A stretch of 64,000 nt of DNA. Origin: a virus. Within the stretch, counting starts at the first letter, position 1. The number at the start of each line of letters is the position of its first letter. Shown here one piece after another: positions 19,323 through 29,231 of the stretch. The stretch is taken from positions 31,443 to 95,442 of the IMG/VR virus record IMGVR_UViG_3300045988_120470; one strand, written 5' to 3'. The position numbers were made by a program, and so were the translations under genes. The notes below the pieces were generated by a model. It saw only the letters and a list, made by a program, of their open reading frames with translations. It was not told where the DNA came from and searched no databases.

Positions 19323-19330
19323 TACCTTTG
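19323..19330 (+). promoter_or_regulatory. Bacteroidota -7 box (TACCTTTG)
   Basis: TAnnTTTG 42 nt upstream of the LysR ATG at 19373. Confidence 0.45.
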
Positions 19331-19372
19331 TATCTATAAAACTTATATTTTTTTCAATTAAAAGTGATAATT

Positions 19373-20278
19373 ATGGAACTACGACATCTGCAATCTTTTG
19401 TTTATGTGGCAGAAAATCTTTCATTTTCTATCGCCGCCAGCCGATGTTGTGTCACGCAATCGGCAATCAGTCAACATATAAAACGCCTTGAGGAAGAAAT
19501 GGGATGTAAATTGCTCATTCGCACCTCACACGATATTACACTTACAGAATACGGCGAAGCTCTATTGCCTCGCGCAAAAGACATACTCAAGCAAGCTGCC
19601 GACTGTAAAGAACATATACAAGAACTTAACAACTGTATGACAGGTGAACTGCGTATTGGTGTAGGGTCTTTTATAGCTCCATACATCCGTGTGGCTGCTA
19701 TCATTTTTATGGAGCGTTATCCTAACGTAAGACTTAACGCCGAAATGACCAAAGCCACAAGTCTTAACCATCTATTGCGTAACCATGAACTTGACATAGC
19801 CTTTACGATGAATACTGCATTTAAAAATGAGGGTATTGAATCCATGCCGTGCATACCATTTTATATTTATGCCATAATGCGCGACACACACCCATTGGCA
19901 AAACTACCGGAGGTGTCGTATAAGGATATGCTCTGTCATAACGTTATTATGCCCGACGTGGGAGAGCGTGTGTTCAACACTTTTCAGCAATATACACAAC
20001 AGGATCTGACGAAGCTGAATGTCAAGTGTATTGTAAGTGATCCTAACGAAGACCTTGCTATCGTGGAAGAAAAACAGGCCATTACCTTTATGCCTAAGCT
20101 CTATCTAAAGAATCATCCTGCCCTCGTTGCTAAACCTATCAGAGAACTGAAAAAGAAACTTATGAGTAACGCCCACTATATGCAGGATGTACCTCTCAAA
20201 CGCTCTGCACAGATATTCCTTGACATTATAAAACAAGAAGCAATACCGTATATTCAAGAATTGGAGAAAACCTATTAA
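19373..20278 (+). CDS. LysR-family transcriptional regulator
   Basis: MELRHLQSFVYVAENLSFSIAASRCCVTQSAISQHIKRLEEEMGCKLLIRT is a textbook LysR winged-HTH, followed by a ~200-aa substrate-binding-like domain. I prefer the ATG at 19373 over the track start at 19364. Confidence 0.9.
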   Translation: MELRHLQSFVYVAENLSFSIAASRCCVTQSAISQHIKRLEEEMGCKLLIRTSHDITLTEYGEALLPRAKDILKQAADCKEHIQELNNCMTGELRIGVGSFIAPYIRVAAIIFMERYPNVRLNAEMTKATSLNHLLRNHELDIAFTMNTAFKNEGIESMPCIPFYIYAIMRDTHPLAKLPEVSYKDMLCHNVIMPDVGERVFNTFQQYTQQDLTKLNVKCIVSDPNEDLAIVEEKQAITFMPKLYLKNHPALVAKPIRELKKKLMSNAHYMQDVPLKRSAQIFLDIIKQEAIPYIQELEKTY

Positions 20279-20325
20279 CGACCTGTTTGAATACTGAATT
20301 TTACTTTTAAACTTTACAGCCTTCT

Positions 20326-20839
20326 AAAGTCCAGTTTTTAGACTTTGAGTCCATTTTTCAGAAAATCACCGAAAAATGAAAAGTCCATAAATCTGAAAAC
20401 ACAAAGTAAAGTCCACCCCAAATCCATCTCGTGACCCCCCAATGAATTTTTCAAAAAGTGATTTAACTTTCTGATTTTCCGCTATTTATCTATTAAAAGT
20501 CCAAAAATGGGGTATTTTTTTATATACCTATACGAGCGCAAAGAACAAAAAATATATAAAGAATAGTAGAAATAAGGCATTTTATACGCATTTTCTCCCA
20601 TTTCAGTTGCCTTTATTATCCATGCAACTTACTAAATGTCAATTATTTACGCCATAGGCGTTAATGCTACTAACCTTATTATCAGAGTTGGGGAGTTTTG
20701 AAAATGGGAGAAAAAGAAAATTGGCGAAATTTATATATAGTAGTAGCGTTATTTAGTAGATTTTTGGACTTTTAGGGAGTAGATGTTAGATAATGTCCGT
20801 GATTATTAGGGAGTTACGAGAGTTTGTAGTTTTGGACTT
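20326..20839. repeat. dispersed AAAGTCCA repeats (5 direct, 2 inverted) around an internal 13-14-bp inverted repeat
   Basis: AAAGTCCA-like copies at 20326, 20347, 20379, 20408 and 20495. TGGACTT copies at 20765 and 20833. TTTTCTCCCATTT (20591) pairs with AAATGGGAGAAAA (20702), and there is a central ACGCC-ATA-GGCGT. Confidence 0.7.
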
Positions 20840-20939
20840 TGGGGGACGGAAGTTTATTCTTGAATAAGCGAGAAAAGGAAGGAATGCGAGAGAAGCGCAA
20901 AAGAAAAGATCGCCTCGCCTAACGGCGCGACGACCTGAT

Positions 20940-21046
20940 AAATGCTTTGCTAATTGCGAAAGATAGCGCAAAATAAATGCTTTGCCGCTTGCGAAAAATG
21001 TAGCGCAAGGAAAATGCTTTGCTGATTGCGGATTGCTGCAAAGGCA
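20940..21046. repeat. three tandem ~35-37-bp repeats
   Basis: AAATGCTTTGC-N5-TTGCGAAA...AGCGCAA occurs at 20940, 20975 and 21012. Each unit contains a TTGCG/CGCAA inverted pair. Confidence 0.7.
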
Positions 21047-21058
21047 GGTTGCGGAGGG

Positions 21059-24000
21059 CTATTTATTCTTCATAAACTGATTAGCCTTTGTCATACTGTC
21101 ATAGAGCTTGCCACGGCCATACATATCTATCTTTGCCTCAATAGGCTGCTCCAGACGTTGCAGGAGCGTGTTTACGGCTTGCAGAAGGGCTACGTTTGTG
21201 TTGGCTTGGTTAGACACCATTTCTTCGGTTACGGAAGCTCCTGCGGCGATTGTGGGGCTTGTTTCGGCGATATTGCCAGTGTCGTAGGTACGGCGACCGG
21301 AATAGTTGCGGTCGTAATTGACGAGAGCCTTCAACAGCTGCGGATTATTCATCATCATGGCTTGCGTGGTCTCACGTCCGATTACCAACTCGGGACCGTT
21401 CTCGGCCACTAAGGATGGTTGTCCGTTGATGGTGGTGGCGGTAGGATGTGTGAGGAGAGAAACACCGTTGTGGGGCTTGCTGTCCTCGGTTGCCCAATAG
21501 AGACTACCATCATTACCGACAAACGGACGGAGATCTTGCACGTTACCGGAATCGTAAGTGAGCATACCGGAAACAACCTTAGTATTAGGACCTTTGGACG
21601 AATTTTTCTTCTTTCCTCCGCCAAGAGCCGAACTTAAAGCCCATTGAAGCAAACCCATAAGAGTTGACATAACTACGGCAGCAGCAATAGGACCCGCTAT
21701 TGGGCCCAAGAACTCAAAACACTTCGCCATTGCACCCGCAATAGAGAAAGTCACCTCTCCTTCAGTACGTTTTGCATCCGATTTCACAACCTCGTCATTA
21801 TTCTTTTGCTTGGCAGTGAGCGTTGCGTTAAGGGTAGCGTCAGTTGCGTTCAAAATAGTTTGTTGCGTCACCTCGGTATTCTTGCTTTGTTCTTTATTGC
21901 CTTGCTCGGTTGTGGCGGTCATTTTCTTCACGCCCTTGTCGGTAGTCTTTTCGCGGTCCTTTGTACCCTCCTTAACCTCTTTGGTAAGTTTCTTTTGGTG
22001 TTTCTTCTCTTCCCGAAGTTGCTTCTTGCGCTGTTTTTCCTCCTTTCTGTCTTTCTTTCCTTTACCAAGGTCGGCATTCAGAGCTGCATTTACGCCACTC
22101 ATAGCAATATTAGTTGCGGCTTCACCAAGACCACTATTGCCGGTATCGGCAACGGCAGCACCGGTCTGTGCCGCCATCGAAACACCGATTTGACCGCCAG
22201 TGCTTTTTACCTCCTTATTATAGTCGTCGATAGTCTTGCCCGGATTGCTTTTCTGCCATGCTAATGGAGGTTCGGTCGGTGCAGTATCGCTTTGAGTAGG
22301 GTTACTGTTGGTGTCTACAGAGATACCATTATCAACAATCACATGAGCAGGGTTGCCAGCCGTACCAATATCGGATGTATTCATTGTTACCGCATTAGCG
22401 TTGGCATTGGCACGGGCTGCGTCAATGTCGGGCTGCGCTTTCGCCTTACCACGTTTGGCACCAGCATCGTTGATGGCTTTCCACATTTGTGTGTTCACAT
22501 CGTTAAGCGCCATCTTCGCCCAGGATTCAAGCATGGATTTAAGGGCAGACCTAATAGCGTCGTTTGCACTCTCTGCGTCGTAGCGCATTTCTGCAAGAGC
22601 CTGTCCCACGGCAGCACCGAAATCCTCGATAGGCTGTACGAGTTCCTTCATCTGTGAGAGACGCGACTTCATAGCTGTTGCCATCTGATTGGCATAGGCA
22701 AGTTCCGCCTCCTGCCGAGCACGCTCGGCTTCGTCGATAAGCTGTTTGTTCTTCGTTTTACGTTCTACAAAGGCGTAATAGTCTTCAGCAGCTTGCATAC
22801 GGGCCTTCATAAGTTCTATTTCAGGGTCGGCCGTGAGGTTGGCAAGACCGAGATTAGAGAGAAGGTTTGTGCGCTTGCCAAACATCTGACTCTCATTCTC
22901 CATCTTGCGCAGTTTCGCTTGCTGGGTAAGATTGCGCTTGTTGGATGACCACCAAAAATCAACTATTTTCTTTGCAGAGTCGTACTTCTTTTTCTCGGCT
23001 TCCGCGTAATCGTCCGAATACTGGATAAGGTTCTGATAAAAAGCCTTCCAGCTCTCTTCGCTCTCACCCAACGACTTCTTGATACGAGCAGCCATACCGT
23101 CGGGATCATCGCCAAAGAGCATCTTCATCAACACTCCCCTACCCTTTGTAGTAGTAACATCAATCGTATAAAGCTGGGCAATATTTCGGCGAGCCGCCTC
23201 AAACATCTCTTTGATGACCTTCTTGCGCTTCTCGAATGCCGAAATGTCGAGAATCTCCTTTCCGTCAACCACCTTCTTCGTAACGGTTGTCTCCTCCTTT
23301 GTAGGTGCGGCATAACCCATTTCATTGAAGTTGTCATACGAGTTTTGCTGAACAATACCCGTATAGTCATGTTCCATAGCAATCTTACGGCGTGCCTCCA
23401 TCTGCTTGAACTGCATATTCAGAAGTTCCTGCTCGCTGCGTGTGGCTTTTGCGAAGATTTGCGCTGTAATGGAGTTCATAGACAGACCAAGTTTGTTGCC
23501 CAACTGTTCCATGAGTTTGCGCAGATTCCCGATATTGTTTTTCAATATACCGTCAAGCAAATCTTTTGAAAGGTTTACGCCCGTCTCGTCCGCTTGTTCC
23601 ACCATATCAGCAGCCATCATTTTCTTCGCATCCTCCCACTTATTTGGTTGACCTGCAACCGCAAGACGCACCTGCGAACGAGCTATTTCCTTGTTTTGCT
23701 TCAGAGGGAGGACAAACTGCTTCTGTTCGGCTTCGTCCATATTAAGAGATATGGCTTGAGCCAACTTAGCGTTAATCTGACGGTCGTAGTAGTTATCCAC
23801 ATCGTCCATGATAGCCTTCGCCTGGTCCTGCTTCTGCTTCAGTTCCTCACGCCAAGCACGTTCGCGGTCACGCTTGTCCCGTTTTTCCTGTGCGATAGCG
23901 CCCTTGTCGGGAGCATTGTTTTCGAGGGTGCCAGGTTCTTCATCCGGATAGTCTTTATATCCCTTGGGAACAAAGTTTATATAAGCATTCTCTATTTCAT

Positions 24001-26440
24001 CCTCCTTATCAAATCTTCTGTTCGTAGCATTGGCATACCAGTTCGATGCAGACAGCAGAGCCGGATTGTAGTAATCTGCATAAGCCTTTTCACCTGCTTT
24101 GTTTGTTGTATATAAACGCCCTTTCTTATCTATTTTATAGCTAAGGTTCCTCAGCATACCTGTCTGCTCTTCCGGTAATTTACTTACTAAATAACGATAT
24201 ACTGCATTACCATTTGCGCCTTTACTTATCCACCTGTCAATGTCTTTAAACGAAACTCCGAACAAATCTAACTCTGCCAATCTTACCTGTCTCATCAACT
24301 CATTGGATGCAGCATTTCTATCAGCATCATATTTAGGAAGAGCCTGCTGTTTCGCTTGCTCTCGCAGTCGATAATAGGTGGCCCTCTGAGCTTCCTGCGC
24401 CAATTCTGAATAATGGTCACGCAAATCCTTTACGTTCTTTATCTCAATGCCAAGATTGGAAATGTATGAACGGAAGTCCTTATTAAACCTTGATATAAGT
24501 TCCTGGCGTTCCTTCTGTGTAAGATTCGACTCATTCATCATCTTTTTGTAGTTTGCGAGTTTTCTGTTCAGATTACTCGTTTCTACAGCAGCTTGTCCTA
24601 ATGTATCTTTCCACGCATTTGCTTGTCTTTCCGCTTCAGCTTGTGCTCTTGCAGCCTCCTTTGCCTGCTGCACATAACCATATATAGCTCCCGCCACACC
24701 GATGATGACACTCGCGAGGGCTATCCACGGATTCATCTTCATTGTTGTATTCAGTGTACTTTGCGCTGTATTAGCCGCAAAAAGAGCTCTTACATATTGG
24801 TACATACTCTTTACGGCTACACCGAGTGCTGCTCCATATTGCCACAAAAGCCTCAGACCCGAATAAATTCCTTGTGAAGCCATGTAACCTATAATTACCG
24901 GCAGAAATGTTGCAACAGCTCTCAACGCCCATAATACCGCCTGTAAAGATATAAGCAACGTGCCTTTCAGCAACGGACTACTTGTCATGGTCTTCGACAT
25001 TTCGTACCACCATTCCGCCATACCCTTCACAGCATCCACACCATCGGGGTTGACAAATGCCTTCTCCCAAAGATTGTTGGCACGCTCCAGAATACCGATA
25101 GCAGACTGCTGCTGCATACTGTACTCGTCTGTAACGGCAGATGCTTCTTCAAAGGCTTTCTGCGACTCGTAGAGATGATCCTTGAGCATATCCACGTTCT
25201 TCGACATTGTAACCATAGCAGTGACGAGACGTTGACCGTCTGAACCGAGGTCTTTGAATATACCACCGAGAGCGTTCATGTTGCCCTTGTCGCGCATCTT
25301 CTCGAGCACAAGGACAATAGCGTCCATGGCATGACCCGACGCATAGAGATTCTTGATAGTTTCGTCAGGGATGCCGAGTTCTTTAGCAATAAGGTTGTGG
25401 TTTTTCTGCAAAGCCACGATAAACTTACCCATAGCAGTAGAAGCCACTTCAGGCATCAGCATCATAGAAGAACTTGCAGAGCCAAGAGCTAACAACTGGT
25501 CGGTAGTGATACCTGCTGTACGGGCAACACCGGTCAGTCGCTTGGCAAACTCCACAATGTCATTGGAAGTAGATGTGCTCGTAGAAGATAATTTGAACAT
25601 GGCAGAGCCTGTAGCCTCCATTGCCTTGTCGATACCCATCTTCGGGATAAGACCCATCACCTCCACCATCTTAGAGAGTGCCGGCAACGCTTCCTCGCCC
25701 ATTTCCTCACCAATGGCAACATTAATCTTATCGGCTGCTTTTACGAACTGAGCCATACCATCAACGCCATACTTGCCCATACCGAGCTTCGCTCCCTGGT
25801 ATGCGAGCTGCGCCAGTCCATCCACGCTTGTTCTGGTGTCAATCTTAGCCAACTCTGTAGATAGTTGTTTTACCTGGTCCATCGTCAGACCACTGACCTT
25901 ACGGATGTCGGTCAACGACCCCGAATACTCAAAGTTCTTCTTGATGGCACCCGTTACAAGGTCTTTCGCCTTGTTGAACAGCGCAAACATACCGACATAC
26001 GCCGTAAGATTCTTCATGGCTGTGTTCCATGCACCGCCTTGCTTGTGCACCGAGCCAGAGAGTTTGTCTATCTGTTCTTGCAGAGCCTTCACATTACCCT
26101 GCATCTGCTTCAATCCTTTGTCGCTTGCCGACATCTTGCCGAGCTCGCTCTTAGCCGCAGACAGCGCACGCTTCAGTTCGTTAAGCGACGTGCCTGACAA
26201 ATTTTTCATCGCCTTACTGATACGCTCCGTGTTCGTGATGTTCTGCGACGTAGCCGAGTTGTAAGAAACCAGTTCTTTTTCCAATTTCTTAAACTCGCGC
26301 TGGCCTTCCTTGGTTGTCACGTCGAGCGCAGCCATCTTCTGTTTTATACCGTCGATACGCTGTTGAAGCTCCTCCATCACCATTTTGGCGACGGCGGCAT
26401 TGGCAGTAATGACGATTTGAGTTTTCTTTGCTGTAGCCAT
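21059..26440 (-). CDS. tail tape measure protein
   Basis: 1793 aa. The N-terminal region resembles the TP901-type tape-measure core (...LAQLAYQGAKLGMG...ADKINVAIGEEMGEEALPALSKM...). There are central hydrophobic helices and long Lys/Glu/Gln coiled coils. Ends in TAG. Confidence 0.85.
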   Translation of the reverse strand: MATAKKTQIVITANAAVAKMVMEELQQRIDGIKQKMAALDVTTKEGQREFKKLEKELVSYNSATSQNITNTERISKAMKNLSGTSLNELKRALSAAKSELGKMSASDKGLKQMQGNVKALQEQIDKLSGSVHKQGGAWNTAMKNLTAYVGMFALFNKAKDLVTGAIKKNFEYSGSLTDIRKVSGLTMDQVKQLSTELAKIDTRTSVDGLAQLAYQGAKLGMGKYGVDGMAQFVKAADKINVAIGEEMGEEALPALSKMVEVMGLIPKMGIDKAMEATGSAMFKLSSTSTSTSNDIVEFAKRLTGVARTAGITTDQLLALGSASSSMMLMPEVASTAMGKFIVALQKNHNLIAKELGIPDETIKNLYASGHAMDAIVLVLEKMRDKGNMNALGGIFKDLGSDGQRLVTAMVTMSKNVDMLKDHLYESQKAFEEASAVTDEYSMQQQSAIGILERANNLWEKAFVNPDGVDAVKGMAEWWYEMSKTMTSSPLLKGTLLISLQAVLWALRAVATFLPVIIGYMASQGIYSGLRLLWQYGAALGVAVKSMYQYVRALFAANTAQSTLNTTMKMNPWIALASVIIGVAGAIYGYVQQAKEAARAQAEAERQANAWKDTLGQAAVETSNLNRKLANYKKMMNESNLTQKERQELISRFNKDFRSYISNLGIEIKNVKDLRDHYSELAQEAQRATYYRLREQAKQQALPKYDADRNAASNELMRQVRLAELDLFGVSFKDIDRWISKGANGNAVYRYLVSKLPEEQTGMLRNLSYKIDKKGRLYTTNKAGEKAYADYYNPALLSASNWYANATNRRFDKEDEIENAYINFVPKGYKDYPDEEPGTLENNAPDKGAIAQEKRDKRDRERAWREELKQKQDQAKAIMDDVDNYYDRQINAKLAQAISLNMDEAEQKQFVLPLKQNKEIARSQVRLAVAGQPNKWEDAKKMMAADMVEQADETGVNLSKDLLDGILKNNIGNLRKLMEQLGNKLGLSMNSITAQIFAKATRSEQELLNMQFKQMEARRKIAMEHDYTGIVQQNSYDNFNEMGYAAPTKEETTVTKKVVDGKEILDISAFEKRKKVIKEMFEAARRNIAQLYTIDVTTTKGRGVLMKMLFGDDPDGMAARIKKSLGESEESWKAFYQNLIQYSDDYAEAEKKKYDSAKKIVDFWWSSNKRNLTQQAKLRKMENESQMFGKRTNLLSNLGLANLTADPEIELMKARMQAAEDYYAFVERKTKNKQLIDEAERARQEAELAYANQMATAMKSRLSQMKELVQPIEDFGAAVGQALAEMRYDAESANDAIRSALKSMLESWAKMALNDVNTQMWKAINDAGAKRGKAKAQPDIDAARANANANAVTMNTSDIGTAGNPAHVIVDNGISVDTNSNPTQSDTAPTEPPLAWQKSNPGKTIDDYNKEVKSTGGQIGVSMAAQTGAAVADTGNSGLGEAATNIAMSGVNAALNADLGKGKKDRKEEKQRKKQLREEKKHQKKLTKEVKEGTKDREKTTDKGVKKMTATTEQGNKEQSKNTEVTQQTILNATDATLNATLTAKQKNNDEVVKSDAKRTEGEVTFSIAGAMAKCFEFLGPIAGPIAAAVVMSTLMGLLQWALSSALGGGKKKNSSKGPNTKVVSGMLTYDSGNVQDLRPFVGNDGSLYWATEDSKPHNGVSLLTHPTATTINGQPSLVAENGPELVIGRETTQAMMMNNPQLLKALVNYDRNYSGRRTYDTGNIAETSPTIAAGASVTEEMVSNQANTNVALLQAVNTLLQRLEQPIEAKIDMYGRGKLYDSMTKANQFMKNK

Positions 26441-26459
26441 ATTTAGTGTGTTTGTGTTG

Positions 26460-26987
26460 TTACATTATCTTTATCGGACTTGCTTCCTCAAAGGTGTTTA
26501 TAAGTTTCACCTCGCCCTCGTAGCCGTAGAAATCCACAAGATAGTTGGCTATACGCTGCTGAAGGTGGCGAAGTTCCATCATGATGGCAGGACGTTGCGA
26601 TTTGCCCGACTTGCGGTCCCACTTGCTGACGTATCGCGTCTGGAAGTGAGCCTTCTTGCCCGACTCCACGTCCTCGTATGTTGTTCCTTGACCGACACCC
26701 ATATCCACAAAGCGCATATAGTCGTTGAACTGGAAGGCCATCGTTACCTTGCCTCCTTCTCCGGCTTCGATAATTTTGCCGGCAAACGATTTTACTCCCT
26801 CGCCAGTTGAGTGCCACTGGCCCATCTCCTTGCGTTTCTGATTGACGACAGCATATCCGTTATACACCTCCTTGGGATAGATACACTGCGTCATGGTGTT
26901 TACCTCAAGTTGATTGATGGTCTGCTGAAAAAAGCGAGCAGCTACCCTATTGAAGGGGAATATCGGGTTTTTGATTGGTTTACCCAT
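26460..26987 (-). CDS. hypothetical protein (tail-assembly position)
   Basis: 175 aa, immediately upstream of the tape measure gene. Confidence 0.5.
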   Translation of the reverse strand: MGKPIKNPIFPFNRVAARFFQQTINQLEVNTMTQCIYPKEVYNGYAVVNQKRKEMGQWHSTGEGVKSFAGKIIEAGEGGKVTMAFQFNDYMRFVDMGVGQGTTYEDVESGKKAHFQTRYVSKWDRKSGKSQRPAIMMELRHLQQRIANYLVDFYGYEGEVKLINTFEEASPIKIM

Positions 26988-27008
26988 ATCGCATATATTA
27001 TTAAAAGG

Positions 27009-27590
27009 TTAGGGCTCTTTCTGCACGATATATTTGCCGTTGCTGCCACACGCAAAGTTGTATAGCGGTTGCAGACTCTTCCAGTCGAGACCCATTACGA
27101 GCCACTGTCCGGCGTAGATGTCGCCTACCAATCCGAAGGAGATTGAACTGGTGTCGATGCTTTGCAGCTCTGCCATCACCACGGCATCGTCGGCAAAACT
27201 GCGCTGGGTGACGGGACAACAACCTGTGCGCTTCACCTCGATAAGCCAGGCTATGAGGTCCTTGCAGTAGTCGGTGAGGTCGTTGGCCGTGCGCTCTATC
27301 TTGTTGCCGTCGTAACGGCCAAGGGTCTGCGGCGTGTCCTTCACTTTGGCGAGAAACCACACCTGGTGAGAGACCACGGCCTTCTTTGCATCAACGAGTT
27401 CGCCGGTGGTCATTACACTCTGAAGCATACAAGGCGAGTGAATGATGTTGGCGTTACGGGAAAAGATGTTCTCAAGGTCTATGTAGCGAATGCGGAAGAA
27501 ACTCTGGTCTTCGAGGCGTCCGCTTTCAGGGTGGTGAGACAGGGGCTTGTAGATAGAAGCCCAATGCTCAAGGATATTGCTTATTGTCAT
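27009..27590 (-). CDS. hypothetical protein (tail module)
   Basis: 193-aa ORF, co-oriented with and packed against its neighbours. Confidence 0.5.
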   Translation of the reverse strand: MTISNILEHWASIYKPLSHHPESGRLEDQSFFRIRYIDLENIFSRNANIIHSPCMLQSVMTTGELVDAKKAVVSHQVWFLAKVKDTPQTLGRYDGNKIERTANDLTDYCKDLIAWLIEVKRTGCCPVTQRSFADDAVVMAELQSIDTSSISFGLVGDIYAGQWLVMGLDWKSLQPLYNFACGSNGKYIVQKEP

Positions 27591-27639
27591 TATGCTATAT
27601 GTTTTTTAACTACGGAACTCGCGGAATACGCAGAAACTC

Positions 27640-28191
27640 TTATTTCACTGATTCTTCCTTTGCTGATTCTTCCTTTGCCGATTCTTCCGAAGTCTCCGCT
27701 TCCTCCTTATCCTTCATCAGCTCTTTCAGCTTTACATTGAAGTGTCGCTCGGTCTTGTCTGCCACAATCTTTTGCAGCACCCTTGCCCAAGCCGCACCGT
27801 TACATGTACTCTCGTTTTCGAGTATCGAGACGAACTGCACCAGGCAGTACATGGCGGTGAGCTGGTTGGCGAGGTGGGTGTTCATATAGCCGAGAATGTT
27901 GCGGTCGAGATACGAGGCGAGGCAGATGCACATGATGAGCACCGAGAACGTCCACACCATCTTTGCCATCTTCTTTGAGCGCAGCTTGCCGTCCATCTTG
28001 CACTTCGGGTTGCGCTTTATCTCCTCGCGGTATCTTTGGTAAATGCGTCGGTTGCACCTCCACGCCGTGTAGCAGTCGATGATGAGGGCGAAGAAGCAAA
28101 CGGTAATGAAATTGATAGATGGTTCGATGTGAACCCACAGCAAGCCGAGCACTGCGGCAATGGCTCGCGAGACATAGAATGGATTGTTCAT
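27640..28191 (-). CDS. holin-like membrane protein (Phage_holin_4_1-like, tentative)
   Basis: 183 aa with several TM segments. ...LIIDCYTAW... and ...LVQFVSILENES... recall the conserved D..TG and SI.EN elements of that holin family. The C-terminal tail is acidic (EESAKEESAKEE). Confidence 0.45.
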   Translation of the reverse strand: MNNPFYVSRAIAAVLGLLWVHIEPSINFITVCFFALIIDCYTAWRCNRRIYQRYREEIKRNPKCKMDGKLRSKKMAKMVWTFSVLIMCICLASYLDRNILGYMNTHLANQLTAMYCLVQFVSILENESTCNGAAWARVLQKIVADKTERHFNVKLKELMKDKEEAETSEESAKEESAKEESVK

Positions 28192-28234
28192 GTTTTGTGT
28201 TGAGTTTTGTGTTGTGTTCTGAATTTTTCTACCA

Positions 28235-28242
28235 CAAATTTA
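28235..28242 (-). promoter_or_regulatory. Bacteroidota -7 box (TAAATTTG)
   Basis: On the minus strand, 44 nt upstream of the ATG at 28191. Confidence 0.4.
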
Positions 28243-28378
28243 CTGATAAACTGCTACGCACAGCGGACATGAGTTTAAGGGAAGAGTGAAAAACGAAGAG
28301 TGAAGAATCCAATAGTTACGAGTGAGACTTGAGGTACGGGGATATTGAGGATGTCCGCACGGGGAAGAAAGAATATCG

Positions 28379-28386
28379 TAACTTTG
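28379..28386 (+). promoter_or_regulatory. Bacteroidota -7 box (TAACTTTG)
   Basis: 20 nt upstream of the ATG at 28407. This supports the internal start of the following ORF. Confidence 0.45.
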
Positions 28387-28406
28387 GCTACATAAAACAC
28401 AACACT

Positions 28407-29222
28407 ATGTCAGGAATTTCTCAAAACACATTGGCTCGCATCGACAAGTGGCTCTCCTACGGCACGAGTATGCAGACGGCTTTTCCGAAGCTGGAGCAAC
28501 GCTATCGTATGCAGATCTGCTCGGAGTTCTACAAAAGATGGGTGCAAAACAAGGACATCGACCCACGGACGGTGTGCCGCAATATCGCCCGACGCGACTA
28601 TGAAATGTTTTTCAATCAGGCAGCACAGGGCAACAAGGAGGCGCAGGATTATGTGCTTGCGCTGAAGATTACGCTCGACGATGAGGGCAATATATGTCCG
28701 CGTACCGTTACGGAGCTCAACAACGACGTGCTGGTGTGCAACCATCTGATACGTTTCTTCCAGACCGACGAGAGTCCGCGCCACAAGGCTATGTTTCTCG
28801 GTTCGGCAGAATGGCTTATCCGCACGGGCAAGCAGCAAAACAACGACCGTGCCGTGGCTAAGGGCATGGAGGCGCTGGCTAAGGTTTACAAAGACTTCGA
28901 CGAGGAGCGCGACGCTACGGACGAAATGCCGGACATGAGTCGCATTGCCATCACGCAGGACGTGAGCATAGTGAAGCGCGACCGTGTGAACTACACCGAG
29001 GAGGAGAAGCAGCGCATGGCCCGAAAATATGGTCTTACTACGAAGGACCTCCAGGAGATTGAGGACGAAGAGCTACTGAGTGGAGGGAAGCCGGAGGAAC
29101 CGGACTACTTTGAGTACATGGAAAAGAAGGACGAGGAGGATGCGCTCGGACGTGAAAACAACGAAATGAGCGAAATAACGATTCCGAGCCTACGGATGAT
29201 GCGGAATAAACAGAAAACATAA
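28407..29222 (+). CDS. hypothetical protein, possible small terminase subunit by position
   Basis: 271 aa from MSGISQNTLARIDKWL.... It is the first gene of the plus-strand packaging operon, is helical, and has an acidic C-terminus. The functional call is positional only. Confidence 0.3.
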   Translation: MSGISQNTLARIDKWLSYGTSMQTAFPKLEQRYRMQICSEFYKRWVQNKDIDPRTVCRNIARRDYEMFFNQAAQGNKEAQDYVLALKITLDDEGNICPRTVTELNNDVLVCNHLIRFFQTDESPRHKAMFLGSAEWLIRTGKQQNNDRAVAKGMEALAKVYKDFDEERDATDEMPDMSRIAITQDVSIVKRDRVNYTEEEKQRMARKYGLTTKDLQEIEDEELLSGGKPEEPDYFEYMEKKDEEDALGRENNEMSEITIPSLRMMRNKQKT

Positions 29223-29231
29223 AGAATAGAG

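Noticed and set aside
19373-20278. LysR gene as evidence of a host flank or prophage boundary.
   Set aside because: Phage genes continue on both sides (tape measure at 21.1 kb, primase-like and capsid genes to the left). No other housekeeping genes are present, so I treat it as phage cargo.
20279-21058. Calling this region attP.
   Set aside because: No integrase, recombinase or excisionase was recognised anywhere in the window, and no tRNA 3' fragment is present here. I left it as an unassigned repeat region.
20786-21061. Readthrough of the tape-measure TAG: the frame stays open for 91 more codons.
   Set aside because: The open frame runs through the 35-37-bp tandem DNA repeats and gives low-complexity, Cys/Phe/Arg-rich nonsense. 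I treat the TAG as a real stop, which also counts against genome-wide TAG recoding.
21318-26264. Numerous plus-strand ORFs (60-170 aa) inside the tape measure gene, with similar nested ORFs inside 40390..44058, 51568..53070, 54529..55932 and 59020..61248.
   Set aside because: They are antisense or off-frame to long, well-supported genes. They have skewed low-complexity composition and no independent start context, so I treat them as shadow ORFs.
26460-27590. A G/GT-type frameshifted tail chaperone pair upstream of the tape measure.
   Set aside because: I found no in-phase slippery heptamer with an open -1 frame reaching the tape measure start. The nested 109-aa ORF at 26488..26817 is Arg/Gly-rich noise.
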